A DNA stretch of 53,181 nucleotides from Acidimicrobiia bacterium (lineage in GTDB: Bacteria; Actinomycetota; Acidimicrobiia; Spongiisociales; JAENVV01). The notes below the pieces were generated by a model. It had not been told where the DNA came from. It ran no database searches and was given only the letters and a program-made list of their open reading frames with translations. The first letter of the stretch is position 1; each line of letters starts with the position of its first letter. A program made the translations under genes and the position numbers. Positions 33,919 through 45,048 of this stretch are shown piece after piece. The stretch is from positions 1 through 53,181 of the forward strand of contig JBFGJH010000017.1 in assembly GCA_041577335.1 (NCBI GenBank), in the 5' to 3' direction.

Positions 33919-34131
33919 TCAGTAGCCCTCGGAGCCGACCCTGACAGAAGTAGCGAACGGTTTTCCGTCGACTGTTTCTACCTCAAAGTTGATCCTTTGA
34001 CCTTGGCGCAGCGATCGGAAGATCGACCCGGCCAAGGCGCCTGCCCTCAGATAAACCTCGGAGCGATTGTCGTCGCGGACGACGACGCCGGCGCCCGTCG
34101 AGGGGTCGTAGAGTTTGACGAAGCCTTGCAT
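33919..34131 (-). CDS. Cold-shock-domain-like protein
   Basis: MQGFVKLYDPSTGAG...FRSLRQGQRINFE; TAGCCT 7 nt before the ATG. Confidence 0.8.
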   Translation of the reverse strand: MQGFVKLYDPSTGAGVVVRDDNRSEVYLRAGALAGSIFRSLRQGQRINFEVETVDGKPFATSVRVGSEGY

Positions 34132-34152
34132 GAATCGGAGGCTAGCTGACCG

Positions 34153-34341
34153 CTATGCCTTCTCGATCTTTCCGGCCTTGATACACGACGTGCACACCCG
34201 AGCACGACGGGTGTTCGTTCCGTGTTTCACCCGCACCTTTTGGATGTTGGGATTCCACCGGCGGCTGGATCGCTTGTGGGAGAAGGTGACTTGTTTCCCA
34301 AAGCTCGGTTCTTTGCCGCACACCTCGCAGCGGTATGACAT
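34153..34341 (-). CDS. rpmB: 50S ribosomal protein L28 (Zn-binding form)
   Basis: [36 protein letters not shown]...[10 protein letters not shown]. Confidence 0.97.
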   Translation of the reverse strand: MSYRCEVCGKEPSFGKQVTFSHKRSSRRWNPNIQKVRVKHGTNTRRARVCTSCIKAGKIEKA

Positions 34342-34449
34342 GTCAAGACTCCTCGAAAACTGGCGGGGAAGGGTACCATCGCACGCGCCGTTGCAGACGG
34401 TGCGAATACTTCGGTAAGGATAGTCGCACATGTCCCGTCGACCCCAATC

Positions 34450-36636
34450 ATGAGCAGCCTCGCCTATCTCTCCAACATCGACGTCGACAACGTCTCGGGC
34501 CTGGCCGGCAAGAGAGCCGCCTCTCTGAAGAAAGTCGGCATTGACTCCGTCGCCGACCTGCTCCTGCACGCGCCTCGTCGGTACATCGATCGTTCCCGCT
34601 TTGTTCCCCTGGATCAGGTGTCGATCGGTGAGGAGATCACGGTTCTGGCAACGGTCGAGAAGACGACCACGCGCCGAGTGCGCCGCAATCTCGCCATCAT
34701 CGAGTCGCTGCTCACGGACGGCCGTGTGCAACTCAAGGCGACGTGGTTCAATCAGACCTTTCGTCAGCGGCAGCTGGCGGCGGGTGCCGAGGTTGCGCTC
34801 TCCGGCAAGGTGGAGCGATATCGGGGCCGGCTTCAGATGAAGAGCCCGGCTGTTGATGTGCTCAAAGGCAGCTCGGAGAGCCTCGAAACCGGCCGGGTGG
34901 TGCCCATCCACCCTTCCGCTGGAGATGTCTCGCCAGGAGTCATGCGGCGTTCGATTCACAATGCGCTCAAGAGGTCCCGGCCGATCGAGGACTCGATTCC
35001 GGAGGGCCTACTCCACGAGCACGGCTTGATCGGGAGAGATCGGGCCTTTGCGGATCTGCACTTTCCCGAAACCCTCGAGGACGCCGAAATCGCCAGAAAT
35101 CGCCTCGTCTTCGATGAGCTGTTCCGGCTCGAGGTGGCTTTGGCGCTCACGAAGATGCGCCGGGCCGAGGAGTCGAAAGGCATCTGCCACACCGAAGCAA
35201 CCCATCTGCGCGATCGGTTCATTGCTGCTTTGCCATACGAGCTGACGAGGGCCCAGAGGCGTGTGATCGACGAGATCCATCGCGATATGCGTGGTGAACA
35301 TCCCACCCATCGGCTCCTTCAGGGTGAAGTCGGCTCGGGCAAGACGGTCGTCGCCGTTGCCACACTTCTCACAGCCGTGGATGGCGGCTACCAAGGCGCC
35401 GTGATGGCTCCCACCGAAGTCCTGGCGGGCCAGCACTACCTCGGCATCGTCGACCTGCTGGCCGGAGCCGGCATGGAGCCTGCCGCGTGGACGAGCCACA
35501 AGCACGGTATGCCGAGCCTGTTCGAGGCGAGCGCTCCTGAGCCGGAATCACCAGTGGTGGTGGCTCTGCTCACCTCTTCTTCTGCCGAGCTTTCCAACCG
35601 CCGGCCGGGGGAGGCGACTCGCGACGACGTCTACGACTCGGTTCGATCGGGCGACGCCCAGATCGTGGTCGGGACTCACTCTCTGATCCAGGAAGGAGTC
35701 GCGTTCGCCAATCTGGGGGCTGCGGTTGTCGACGAGCAACACCGGTTTGGCGTGCATCAGCGAGTTGCGCTCAAAGAAAAAGCCGGCGACCGCGACCCCG
35801 ATCTCGTCATCATGACCGCCACTCCCATCCCGCGAACGCTGTCGATGACGCTTTACGGCGATCTCGACGTGTCCATCCTCGATGAGATGCCTCCCGGACG
35901 CACGCCCGTCGCGACGAGCGCAGTGGGTAAGTCGGCCCCAGAGCTGGAACGGCTGTACTCACTCATCAGGCGTGAGGTTGCTGCCGGCCGGCAGGCTTTT
36001 GTCGTGTGTCCGTTGGTCGAGGACTCGCCCAAGGTCGAAGCAGCTTCAGCCGTGGCCGAGCACGCCCGGCTGAGCGCCATCTTTCCCGACTTGACTGTGG
36101 GGCTGCTCCACGGCCAAATGCGCCCGGCCGAAAAGGAAGCCGTCATGGAATCGATGCGGGCAGGCGAAGTGGACGTGCTTGTTTCGACGACAGTCATCGA
36201 AGTGGGCATTGACATCCCCAACGCCACGGTCATGGCGATCGAAGACGCTGAACGCTTTGGATTGTCGCAGTTGCACCAGCTGCGGGGACGGGTAGGCCGA
36301 GGGGAGCATGCCTCTCATTGTGTTCTCGTCTCTGAGCCGGGGACTGAAGATGGCGAGGCGCGGATCGGGGCCATGCTCGAGACAAACGACGGGTTTCGCC
36401 TTGCCGAAGAGGACCTTCGGATACGCGGGCAAGGCACGGTGTTCGGCGCGCGGCAATCCGGGATGGCCGATCTCCGGTTGGCCGACATCCTGCGGGACAT
36501 GGACACCCTCGTCACGGCTCGGCGTGAGGCGTTCGCCCTGGTTGCTGCGGACCCGAAGTTGGGGGAACACACCGAAATCCGCGACGAAGTTCGCGCCATG
36601 CTCGGCGAAGCCGTCGAGTGGCTCTTCATGTCATGA
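34450..36636 (+). CDS. recG: ATP-dependent DNA helicase RecG
   Basis: [46 protein letters not shown]. Confidence 0.97.
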   Translation: MSSLAYLSNIDVDNVSGLAGKRAASLKKVGIDSVADLLLHAPRRYIDRSRFVPLDQVSIGEEITVLATVEKTTTRRVRRNLAIIESLLTDGRVQLKATWFNQTFRQRQLAAGAEVALSGKVERYRGRLQMKSPAVDVLKGSSESLETGRVVPIHPSAGDVSPGVMRRSIHNALKRSRPIEDSIPEGLLHEHGLIGRDRAFADLHFPETLEDAEIARNRLVFDELFRLEVALALTKMRRAEESKGICHTEATHLRDRFIAALPYELTRAQRRVIDEIHRDMRGEHPTHRLLQGEVGSGKTVVAVATLLTAVDGGYQGAVMAPTEVLAGQHYLGIVDLLAGAGMEPAAWTSHKHGMPSLFEASAPEPESPVVVALLTSSSAELSNRRPGEATRDDVYDSVRSGDAQIVVGTHSLIQEGVAFANLGAAVVDEQHRFGVHQRVALKEKAGDRDPDLVIMTATPIPRTLSMTLYGDLDVSILDEMPPGRTPVATSAVGKSAPELERLYSLIRREVAAGRQAFVVCPLVEDSPKVEAASAVAEHARLSAIFPDLTVGLLHGQMRPAEKEAVMESMRAGEVDVLVSTTVIEVGIDIPNATVMAIEDAERFGLSQLHQLRGRVGRGEHASHCVLVSEPGTEDGEARIGAMLETNDGFRLAEEDLRIRGQGTVFGARQSGMADLRLADILRDMDTLVTARREAFALVAADPKLGEHTEIRDEVRAMLGEAVEWLFMS

Positions 36637-37175
36637 GGATCATCGCGGGTATAGCCAAGGGTCGTCGATTGGTTGCGCCGCAGGGACAGTCCACCAGGCC
36701 TATGCAGGATCGGGTCAAGGAGGCCTTGTTCTCGTCGCTCGGGCCCGATGTGGCGGGCGCCGATGTCCTCGATCTGTACGCCGGGACCGGATCGATGGGG
36801 TTGGAGGCTCTCAGCAGGGATGCCTCGTCGTGCGTTTTCGTGGAGACCGACCGTCGAGCACTCGCGGCGCTGAGCACCAACGTTGCGGCGGTGGGACTCG
36901 GCGGTACCGTCCAGTCCGTCGATGCGGCCCGATTCGTCAAAACGCGACCGGGAGGACCCTACGACCTCGTATTCGTTGACCCCCCCTACGACCTGGAGCT
37001 AGCGTCTGTTGAAGCAGTGTTGATTGATCTGTGCGCGAGCCTGAAGGAGGGTGCGACGGTGATGGTTCATCGGCGTATGGGAGAGCCCGCCCCGAGGGTA
37101 TCCGGCCTGGTACTCGTGGATGAGCGCACGTACGGCTCTGCTCAGTTGTGGCGCTTCGAAAAGGACCTGGCATGA
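36633..37175 (+). CDS. rsmD: 16S rRNA m2G966 methyltransferase
   Basis: MRIIAG, TRP..DRVKEALF, LDLYAGTG, DPPY. Confidence 0.95.
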   Translation: MRIIAGIAKGRRLVAPQGQSTRPMQDRVKEALFSSLGPDVAGADVLDLYAGTGSMGLEALSRDASSCVFVETDRRALAALSTNVAAVGLGGTVQSVDAARFVKTRPGGPYDLVFVDPPYDLELASVEAVLIDLCASLKEGATVMVHRRMGEPAPRVSGLVLVDERTYGSAQLWRFEKDLA

Positions 37176-37639
37176 CCATCGCACTCTGTCCTGGCAGCTT
37201 CGACCCGCTGACCAATGGCCATGTGGACGTCATCAACCGGTGTGTCGGACTATTCGACCGAGTGGTTGTCGCTGTCGTCGAAAACCCCTCGAAAGCTTCG
37301 ATGTTCACAACCGAGGAGCGCATCGGCCTCATCCGCGAGGCCTTCGGCGATGACGTGGAGGTGACGTCGTTTCAGGGGCTCTTGGTCGCTTTCGCGCAAG
37401 AAATCGGAGCCGACGTGATGGTGAAAGGCCTGCGGGGGGTTTCCGACTTCGAGTATGAACAGCAGATGGCTCAAATGAACCGGCACATCGCCGGAGTGGA
37501 TACGATGTTCATTGCGACGAAGCCGGAATACTCATATTTGTCGTCGTCGCTGATCAAAGAAGTGGCCAAACTGGGAGGCGACGTTGCCGAGTTGGTCCCA
37601 GAGGGCGTGGCCCGGGCACTGAAGGAGCGACATGGGTGA
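37172..37639 (+). CDS. coaD: Pantetheine-phosphate adenylyltransferase
   Basis: PGSFDPLTNGH, KGLR..SDFEYE, LSSSLIKE. Confidence 0.97.
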   Translation: MTIALCPGSFDPLTNGHVDVINRCVGLFDRVVVAVVENPSKASMFTTEERIGLIREAFGDDVEVTSFQGLLVAFAQEIGADVMVKGLRGVSDFEYEQQMAQMNRHIAGVDTMFIATKPEYSYLSSSLIKEVAKLGGDVAELVPEGVARALKERHG

Positions 37640-38306
37640 CAATCCACTCGACGATTTTGAAGACATCGTTCCCGACTGGGAAAACGACGCTGCCGCGACG
37701 CAGACCTCTGAGCTTCCGCTGGATGGCGAGGACGATGAGCGTCCTGGCGACAAAGTGACGCCACTCCACCCTGTCGATGACCCGCTCGACCAGACGGAGG
37801 TTGGAACTGCCGAAGCCATCATCAATGAGATGGTCGATGCGCTCCAAGCGGCCAAGACCGTGCCGCTGTCGGGCAACGTGCTGGTGGACCGGAATGCCAT
37901 GGTGAACAACCTTCAGCGCGTTCTCTCGAGCCTTCCCGAGGAATTGCGCCAGGCGCGCTGGATGATCCGCGAACGTGAGGCGTTCGTGGCGAGGACCAAC
38001 GAGGCCGGTCACGAGATCACCGATCGCGCCAAAGAGCGGGCAAAACAAATCATCGCCCAGGCTCAGTCCCGGTCGGATGAGCTCGTGAGCCAATCTCATG
38101 TGCTCAAAGAAGCGGTGGAAGAGGCCAACATCCTGATCCGCAACGCAGAATCCGAGGCCCGCCGGATTCGCCTCGACGCCGAGGACTACAGCGAGGAACG
38201 CCTCATCCACTTGGAGAATCTGTTCGGCAGCCTCCTTCATCAGGCCCGCGAGGCGCGCTCCGAGTTCCATGACCCGCGGCCGCCGTCACCTGAGCCGCCC
38301 ATCTAG
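37632..38306 (+). CDS. Coiled-coil DivIVA-like (SepIVA/Rv2927c-type) protein with acidic N-terminus
   Basis: AKTVPLSGNVLVDR..LPEELRQARW; conserved position between coaD and DUF177. Confidence 0.75.
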   Translation: MGDNPLDDFEDIVPDWENDAAATQTSELPLDGEDDERPGDKVTPLHPVDDPLDQTEVGTAEAIINEMVDALQAAKTVPLSGNVLVDRNAMVNNLQRVLSSLPEELRQARWMIREREAFVARTNEAGHEITDRAKERAKQIIAQAQSRSDELVSQSHVLKEAVEEANILIRNAESEARRIRLDAEDYSEERLIHLENLFGSLLHQAREARSEFHDPRPPSPEPPI

Positions 38307-38315
38307 AGCCGGCTG

Positions 38316-38822
38316 ATGTCGGCATTCCGTCTTCAGGTATCGGACCTCATCGGTCGTGCCGGCGCGAGCCGGACAGCTGAGTTCACGGCTGATCTCGAAA
38401 TTGCCATGGACATGGCCGTGCTCACTGGCCCGGTGTCGGTCAACGTGAGGCTCGATGTCACCTCCCAAGACATCATTGCTGCAGGAACCGTCGACTATCG
38501 GGCAGTCCTGACCTGTCATCGGTGCCTCAACGCCAACGAAAGTGGCGGCCGTGCTCGGTTCTCCCAGGTCTATCGATTTCGGGGCTCCAGCGATGATGTT
38601 GACATCATGGAGGTCGACGCCAACGGATTCATCGATCTCTTCCCACCGGTGAATGACGAAGTCGGATTGTCCCTGCCACTCGCCCCGATCTGTCGCGAAG
38701 ATTGCGCCGGACTTTGCCCGACGTGCGGAAACGACTTGAATACTGAGCCTTGCGGGGGCCACGAGGAGCTATCCTCGTCGCCGTTCGCCGTCCTCGAACA
38801 CCTTTTGGACCCTCAGGAGTAG
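38316..38822 (+). CDS. YceD/DUF177 family protein
   Basis: CHRCL, PICREDCAGLCPTCG, immediately upstream of rpmF. Confidence 0.92.
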   Translation: MSAFRLQVSDLIGRAGASRTAEFTADLEIAMDMAVLTGPVSVNVRLDVTSQDIIAAGTVDYRAVLTCHRCLNANESGGRARFSQVYRFRGSSDDVDIMEVDANGFIDLFPPVNDEVGLSLPLAPICREDCAGLCPTCGNDLNTEPCGGHEELSSSPFAVLEHLLDPQE

Positions 38823-38830
38823 GAAACGCC

Positions 38831-39016
38831 GTGGCAGTACCCAAGAAAAAGATGTCGCGCTCGAGAACCCATCGGCGCAAAGCTCAATGGAAGACCTCCA
38901 GGCCGACGCTGTCGGAATGCCCTGTGTGTCATCAGCCCAAGCGTCCCCACCGGGCGTGCACCAACGCCGAATGTGGCATTTACCGCGGCCGTCAAATCAT
39001 CGACGTCGCCGAGTAG
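38831..39016 (+). CDS. rpmF: 50S ribosomal protein L32
   Basis: MAVPKKKMSRSRTHRRKAQW...CPVC..HRAC; GTG start. Confidence 0.97.
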   Translation: MAVPKKKMSRSRTHRRKAQWKTSRPTLSECPVCHQPKRPHRACTNAECGIYRGRQIIDVAE

Positions 39017-39026
39017 GCGGGAACCC

Positions 39027-40004
39027 ATGGCGCGTGTGGCCCTCGACGCAATGGGGGGTGATTTTGCGCCGATCGAGACCGTGGCCGGCGCAGCTGCCGC
39101 CGCCGATGAAGGCTATGACGTTCTCCTGGTCGGCGACGAAGCTGTTCTACAGCCTCTCCTCGACGAATACGGGGCGGAGATCCCGATACGACACGCGAGC
39201 CAGTCGATCGAGATGGCGGACAATCCTGCTGCGGCGATCCGGGAGCGCCCAGATTCTTCGATCGTACAGGCCGCCAAGGCGGTCCGCGAGGGCAGCGCGG
39301 GAGCGCTGGTGAGTGCCGGCTCCACCGGAGCAGCCCTGGCCGCTGCAGCCATCGTCATCGGGCGGCTGCCCGGCGTCACTCGGCCGGCCATCGCCACCAT
39401 TTGGCCAACACCCGGGAGCGCCACCGTTCTTCTCGATTCGGGTGCCAACCCGGACTGCCGGCCCGAGCAGCTTGTTCAGTTTGGGGTCATGGGATCGCTG
39501 GTTTCGGAGATCTATGTCGGTACGGTCGAGCCGCGAGTCGGACTCCTCACCATCGGTGAAGAGAAGGGCAAGGGCCGTGACCTCGAGCGCGCCGCATACG
39601 ACCTCTTGCACTCCCACCCGTCGATTCGTTTCATCGGCAATGTCGAGGGCCATGATGTCGCCGAGGACAAGGCCGACGTCATCGTGACGGACGGCTTCAG
39701 CGGCAACGTCATGTTGAAAACAGCCGAGGGAGTCATCCGGTTGATGTTTTCGATGTTTCGTGAGCGCCTTTCGCAGGTCGATGACGCAGCGAAGGGAGCC
39801 TTCTCGGCGCATTTTCGTTCGATGACCGATGAGCTCTCCACCGAGCTCGCCGGCGGCGCCCATCTCGTCGGCGTGAAAGGTGTGGTCGTGATAAGCCATG
39901 GTTCGTCGTCACGGGTAGCGATCAAGAACGCCATCGCCATGGCCGCAGAGGGCGCCGAGGTAGGTTTGGTCGACCGTATGGCGAAGCATCTCGACAAGCC
40001 CTGA
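39027..40004 (+). CDS. plsX: Phosphate acyltransferase
   Basis: ALDAMGGDFAP, VSAGSTGA, LDSGAN, GNVEG, VTDGFSGN, SHGSS. Confidence 0.95.
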   Translation: MARVALDAMGGDFAPIETVAGAAAAADEGYDVLLVGDEAVLQPLLDEYGAEIPIRHASQSIEMADNPAAAIRERPDSSIVQAAKAVREGSAGALVSAGSTGAALAAAAIVIGRLPGVTRPAIATIWPTPGSATVLLDSGANPDCRPEQLVQFGVMGSLVSEIYVGTVEPRVGLLTIGEEKGKGRDLERAAYDLLHSHPSIRFIGNVEGHDVAEDKADVIVTDGFSGNVMLKTAEGVIRLMFSMFRERLSQVDDAAKGAFSAHFRSMTDELSTELAGGAHLVGVKGVVVISHGSSSRVAIKNAIAMAAEGAEVGLVDRMAKHLDKP

Positions 40005-40675
40005 TGCCGTCTCTCGACCGCCTGGCCCATGCGATCGGGCATGAATTTGCTGATCCCGGTCATCTCCAGACGTCGGTGATTCATCGGTCGTTTGTTGCCG
40101 AGAACATTGACCACGCAGACAACGAGCGGCACGAATTCCTGGGTGATGCCGTTCTCCAACTCGTTGTGACCGACTTTTTGTTTCAGGAGTTTCCTGACCT
40201 GCCCGAAGGCAAGATGGCCAAGGTCCGAGCTGCCTGTGTGAACCGAGATGTCTTGGCAGAGATCGCCCGGAGTCTCGAATTGGGGCGATATCTCCATCTC
40301 GGCCGGGGTGAGGTCGCCTCCGGCGGCCGCACGAAAGACTCGATACTCGCCGACGCGATGGAGGCTGTGATCGCCGCCGTCTATCTCGACGGCGGGCTCG
40401 AGGCAACCCGCCGCATGGTGCTGGCATTGTGGGAGCCCATCATCGTCAGCCGGGCTGTAGATCCAGGTCAACGGGATTACAAGACCAGGCTCCAAGAAGT
40501 GCTGGCTCCAGGTGGGGAGCGGCCCGAGTACACCGTTTCCGAAGAGGGGCCCGACCACGCCAAGCAGTTCACGGCCCAGGTCGTGGTCTCTGGGGTGGTA
40601 TCAGGACGAGGCGTTGGCCGTTCGAAGAAGGAAGCTGAGCAGGCAGCCGCCCAGGAAGCGTTGCGTTCACTGTGA
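40004..40675 (+). CDS. rnc: Ribonuclease III
   Basis: NERHEFLGDAVL, ADAMEAVIAAVYLD, DYKTRLQE, SKKEAEQ. Confidence 0.96.
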   Translation: MPSLDRLAHAIGHEFADPGHLQTSVIHRSFVAENIDHADNERHEFLGDAVLQLVVTDFLFQEFPDLPEGKMAKVRAACVNRDVLAEIARSLELGRYLHLGRGEVASGGRTKDSILADAMEAVIAAVYLDGGLEATRRMVLALWEPIIVSRAVDPGQRDYKTRLQEVLAPGGERPEYTVSEEGPDHAKQFTAQVVVSGVVSGRGVGRSKKEAEQAAAQEALRSL

Positions 40676-40676
40676 C

Positions 40677-41507
40677 ATGCCAGAGCTTCCCGAGGTAGAG
40701 ACCACCCGGCGTGGCTTGGTCCCCTTCATGGAAGGCAAGCGGATCGCGGCGGTGGAGGTACTGCGCCCCCGGATGGCACGCCACAATGAGCGACCTGAGG
40801 ATGTGGTCGACCGCCTCTCATGGCGGACGCTGATCCGGCTGGGACGGCATGGCAAGTTCATCGTGGGAGAGGTGGAAGGTGACCTGGCCTTGATCGTCCA
40901 TCTCGGCATGTCTGGTCGGATGCAGGTCGGCGCCCCATCCGACGAACGCCCCCCGCACACCAATGTCATCTTCCTCATGGATTCCGGGGTGGAGATTCGA
41001 TTCATCGATCCACGCACATTCGGGTTTGTCGCCGTCCTCACTCCCGAAGAGCTCGCCCATTCGAGCGTCAGCATGCTGGGACCCGATGCCTTGGATGACC
41101 TGCCACGTTCGAATGCCCTGGCATCCGTGTTGGCCGGCCGAACCGTGGCAATCAAGACGCTCCTGCTGAATCAGTCGGTAATTGCCGGGCTTGGCAACAT
41201 CTACGCCGACGAGGTGTTGTCCCGGGCCGGTATTCGCCCCGATCGGCCGGCAGGATCGCTGTCGGGCGAAGAGATCAAGCGACTCCGCGCGTCGATTCGT
41301 CCGGTTCTCGAGGCTGGGTTGCGCCACGGCGGCACCAGCCTCGACGACCTCGCCTATCTACTCCCGGACGGCCGCGCCGGAGAGTACGTGGCCAGGCTGA
41401 AGGTTTATGGCCGGGATGGCCTGCCATGCCGACGGTGCGGGACGCCCATCGAACGTATGGTCCTCGCGGCCCGTTCGTCTCACTTCTGCCCGGCCTGCCA
41501 GGTCTGA
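40677..41507 (+). CDS. mutM: Formamidopyrimidine-DNA glycosylase
   Basis: MPELPEVE, HLGMSG, DPRTFG, GLGNIYADE, C-terminal zinc finger CRRC...FCPACQ. Confidence 0.97.
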   Translation: MPELPEVETTRRGLVPFMEGKRIAAVEVLRPRMARHNERPEDVVDRLSWRTLIRLGRHGKFIVGEVEGDLALIVHLGMSGRMQVGAPSDERPPHTNVIFLMDSGVEIRFIDPRTFGFVAVLTPEELAHSSVSMLGPDALDDLPRSNALASVLAGRTVAIKTLLLNQSVIAGLGNIYADEVLSRAGIRPDRPAGSLSGEEIKRLRASIRPVLEAGLRHGGTSLDDLAYLLPDGRAGEYVARLKVYGRDGLPCRRCGTPIERMVLAARSSHFCPACQV

Positions 41508-41571
41508 GATGTGAAGGCCGCTCGACCGCCTGTGATAATCTGGCCCTACTCAAATCACAGGTATGTAATTC

Positions 41572-44500
41572 GTGTTTCTGAAGTCCATGAAGATCACGGG
41601 ATTCAAGTCGTTCGCTGACAGGACCCGCTTGGAGCTCGAACCGGGCGTGACCGTAGTTGTTGGGCCCAACGGATCGGGAAAATCCAACATCGTCGACTCG
41701 ATCGCGTGGGTCATGGGAACCCAGTCGACCAAGTCTCTGCGTACCGAGAAGATGGAAGACGTCATTTTCGCCGGCACTGCCACCAGGCCTGCTCTGAACC
41801 GGGCGGAGGTGACGTTGATCTTCGACAACTCGCGCCGCAGCGTGCCGCTGGAGTTGGACGAAGTCTCTGTTACCCGGCGGCTGTACCGTGACGGCTCGTC
41901 CGATTACGAGATCAACGGCGTTGAGTGCCGGCTGCTCGATGTTCAGGACCTGCTTTCCGATTCGGGAGTCGGCCGCCACCAGCACGTCATCGTGGGCCAA
42001 GGCCAGCTCGACGCCATTCTCAACGCCAAGCCCGATGATCACCGTGCCGTCATCGAAGAAGCCGCCGGAATCCTGAAGCATCGACTTCGGAAAGAACGGT
42101 CGATTCGGCGTTTGGAGCGGACCGACCAGGACGTGCTCCGCATCTTGGATATCGCCAAGGAACTGAAGCGGCAGCTGGGTCCCCTCAAGCGCCAGGCCGC
42201 AGACGCCGAACGTCATGATGGGCTCAAGGCCGAGATCGTTGCTCTCCGTTTGTTCTTGGGAGGCCAGGAGCTCCGTTCGATCGGGACGAGACTCGAGGGC
42301 GCTTCAGCTGAACAGGCTCGTATTTCCGCCGACAAGGACGCAGCCGTTCGCGAGTTGGCAGCGATCGAGAGCTCGCTGGACGGCCTGGCTGATGCCGCCG
42401 GGGAGGCAGGACGCGCCCTCGACCGAGATACCGCGGCAGCAGCGCGTCTCGAGACCACCGCTGAACGGCTTCGCTCGATCGCTCACCTTGCTTCTGAACG
42501 TATTCGAGCACTCCAAGGCCGACTGGAAGGCGCCGATGAGCGCCGCCAGGATCTCGTTGACGAGCAAGCCACCATCGAAGCCAACCTGGAAGGATCGCGC
42601 CGGGCCGAGGAGGAGAACGCCGAGCAGATCGAAAGAGCCGAGCGGGTTCTGTCAGCACTCGAAGACGAAGAGCGCTCGCTCGCCGAGCAGGAGCAGATGC
42701 CAACCGAGGGAGCGGTGGCCATGGTCCGCGGGGATCTTCGCTCGCTCCATGCGGCCGCTGATCGTGATGCACGCGAAGGCATCAATCTCGTTCAGCGCCT
42801 CGAAGCCTTGCAGGCCCAGGTTGAGGTCGAGAGCTCCGAAATCGACCGGTTGGTGGCGGATATCGCGGCGACGGATGCCCTGGCCAGAGCTGCTGAGATT
42901 GCCTACCGAGAGGCGCAAGCGGCTCGGGCGAGCGACCAGGAGGCGTGGGAAGCGGCCGACGAGCGGCTCCGGGCCGCCGAGATTGCGATCGCGGGGAGCG
43001 AGGCGCGGCTCGAAGCGTTCGAAGCCGCCGTCCGCGGAATGGCTGACCCGGTGGCCCGTGAGCGGATTGAGGGCGCTCCGACCGCGACGGGTGCGCTGTC
43101 GACCGCCCTTCACATCCCCAATGATCTGGCGGCAGCCGTTGACGCGGCGTTGGGTCCCTGGGCGGATGCCATCACGGTGGCCGATCATCTCTCGGTCGAA
43201 GACATGGTTGCGGGCCTCAAGGCGGACCAGCTGGGAGGAGTTCCGTTGGTGGCCCCGCCGGCCGAGACCTATGACATCATCGCTCGTCCCATCGCCGAAG
43301 AGACAGGGCTGGAGGCTCTGGTCGATCGGCTCGGTCCAGCCGCCGACAAGCGCCTCGCCGCGATGCTGTTGGGAGACGTGCTCTTGGCTCCTGGATGGCC
43401 CAAAGCGTATGCCGCGGCTCAGCAACATCCCCAGGTACGAGTCGTGACGCCGGACGGCGATCTCGTGACATCACACGCCATCCGGGTCGCACACCCAGAA
43501 GGCGCCAGTCCGGCCATGGTGGAAGCCGCCAGAGCCGACCTGGACCGAGCCAAGGAAGCCGGCGCCCGAGCGCGGAGCCTGGCAACATCGGGAAGACGGG
43601 CCCTCGACGGGGCCAATCAGCTCGAGCAGAAGCGGCTGGAAGAGAGGGAGCGCCTCGCGGTCGTGCTCGCCAGCGCATCCGAGACACTCGACCGGCGAAA
43701 CCGCGCTCGTGAGCAAATGGAGGCTGAGATCATTCGACTCTCCAGTCGGCAGGAGACGATCGCCGAAGCGCACGAAGATCGGGTCGGCCAGATCGAAGTG
43801 TTGCAGCGGCGCCTGTCTGCGCTCGAAGGCGAGGAATCGGAACAGCAGCAAGCGTGGGAACAGCTCGTCGAGCGGCGCCAGGCGGTGGCGCGCAGGCGAG
43901 ACGAGGCACGTCGCGCCCGCCAGGAAGTCGCTGCTGCCCACGGTGCTGTGGTGGAACGGCGAGCCATGCTCGAGCGACGCCTTGCCGAGCTGAAGGTAGA
44001 GCTTCACGACCTGGCTGAGCATCCCGTCGACCCCGAGCAGATAACCCACCACGCAGGCGTCGAGTCGTCCGCCCGTGCTGCCCACACGGTCGTCCGATCC
44101 CATATCGAGGCGCTGCGTGAGCGCCAGATCGTGTTGCGACGTGAGGCCGGTGAGGCGGGTCGACGCCTTGCCGCCGCACGTTCTCGTCGCGACGAGCTCC
44201 AAGCTTCCATAGCGGCGTTCAAGGATCGGTTGTCGCAGCTGGCGGTGGAAATGGCTGAGATGAGGGTACGCCGAGAGAGCATCGCGGAGACCTTGCGACG
44301 GGACATCGACGCGAGTGAAGCGGAGGCGCTGGCTGCGCCCGAGCCCGCCTACGACGAGTCTGTCGATCGAGCTGCCCGTTTGCAGACACTCGAAGCCGAC
44401 TTGCGGCGCATGGGACCTGTCAATCCGCTCGCCGCTCAGGAATATCACGATCTCAACGGGCGATATGAGCACATTCGAAGTGAGCTTGGCGATCTCGAGG

Positions 44501-45027
44501 AGGCCCGCAACGAGCTGCAGCGAGTCGTTCGATCGCTCGATGAGACGATCGAGGAGCTCTTTGTGGAAGCATTCCACGAAGTGGCTGCCTTCTACGAAGA
44601 AAACTTCGCGATCCTGTTTCCAGGCGGCCGGGGGAGGGTCGTCCTCACCGATCCCGACCGGCCACTCACCTCCGGTGTCGACATCAAAGCCCAGCCACTT
44701 GGCAAGAAGGTGTCTCGACTCCAGTTGCTGTCGGGCGGTGAGCGATCCCTGGCGGCGTTGGCGTTCCTGTTTGCGGTATTCAAGGCGAGACCCAGCCCTT
44801 TCTACATCTTGGACGAAGTCGAAGCTGCACTCGACGATGCCAACCTTCGCCGGTTCCTCAAGCTGGTGGCCAGCTTCCGCAGTGCCGCCCAGCTTGTCAT
44901 CGTGACTCATCAGCAGCAGACCATGGAGGCGGCCGACACGTTGTATGGCGTGACGATGGAGCCCGGCGGCTCCTCCCAGGTGGTCGCCAAGCGCATGACC
45001 GGCCAATTGGTCCTCGACCCGTCGTAG
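41572..45027 (+). CDS. smc: Chromosome segregation protein SMC
   Basis: GFKSF, GPNGSGKSN, coiled coils with hinge, LSGGE, LDEVEAALD. Confidence 0.97.
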   Translation: MFLKSMKITGFKSFADRTRLELEPGVTVVVGPNGSGKSNIVDSIAWVMGTQSTKSLRTEKMEDVIFAGTATRPALNRAEVTLIFDNSRRSVPLELDEVSVTRRLYRDGSSDYEINGVECRLLDVQDLLSDSGVGRHQHVIVGQGQLDAILNAKPDDHRAVIEEAAGILKHRLRKERSIRRLERTDQDVLRILDIAKELKRQLGPLKRQAADAERHDGLKAEIVALRLFLGGQELRSIGTRLEGASAEQARISADKDAAVRELAAIESSLDGLADAAGEAGRALDRDTAAAARLETTAERLRSIAHLASERIRALQGRLEGADERRQDLVDEQATIEANLEGSRRAEEENAEQIERAERVLSALEDEERSLAEQEQMPTEGAVAMVRGDLRSLHAAADRDAREGINLVQRLEALQAQVEVESSEIDRLVADIAATDALARAAEIAYREAQAARASDQEAWEAADERLRAAEIAIAGSEARLEAFEAAVRGMADPVARERIEGAPTATGALSTALHIPNDLAAAVDAALGPWADAITVADHLSVEDMVAGLKADQLGGVPLVAPPAETYDIIARPIAEETGLEALVDRLGPAADKRLAAMLLGDVLLAPGWPKAYAAAQQHPQVRVVTPDGDLVTSHAIRVAHPEGASPAMVEAARADLDRAKEAGARARSLATSGRRALDGANQLEQKRLEERERLAVVLASASETLDRRNRAREQMEAEIIRLSSRQETIAEAHEDRVGQIEVLQRRLSALEGEESEQQQAWEQLVERRQAVARRRDEARRARQEVAAAHGAVVERRAMLERRLAELKVELHDLAEHPVDPEQITHHAGVESSARAAHTVVRSHIEALRERQIVLRREAGEAGRRLAAARSRRDELQASIAAFKDRLSQLAVEMAEMRVRRESIAETLRRDIDASEAEALAAPEPAYDESVDRAARLQTLEADLRRMGPVNPLAAQEYHDLNGRYEHIRSELGDLEEARNELQRVVRSLDETIEELFVEAFHEVAAFYEENFAILFPGGRGRVVLTDPDRPLTSGVDIKAQPLGKKVSRLQLLSGGERSLAALAFLFAVFKARPSPFYILDEVEAALDDANLRRFLKLVASFRSAAQLVIVTHQQQTMEAADTLYGVTMEPGGSSQVVAKRMTGQLVLDPS

Positions 45028-45048
45028 ACTCCCCCTTCGGGAGACGCT

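Noticed and set aside
41531..41559. TGTGA...TCACA inverted repeat upstream of smc as a CRP site
   Set aside because: Half-sites are 19 nt apart rather than 6
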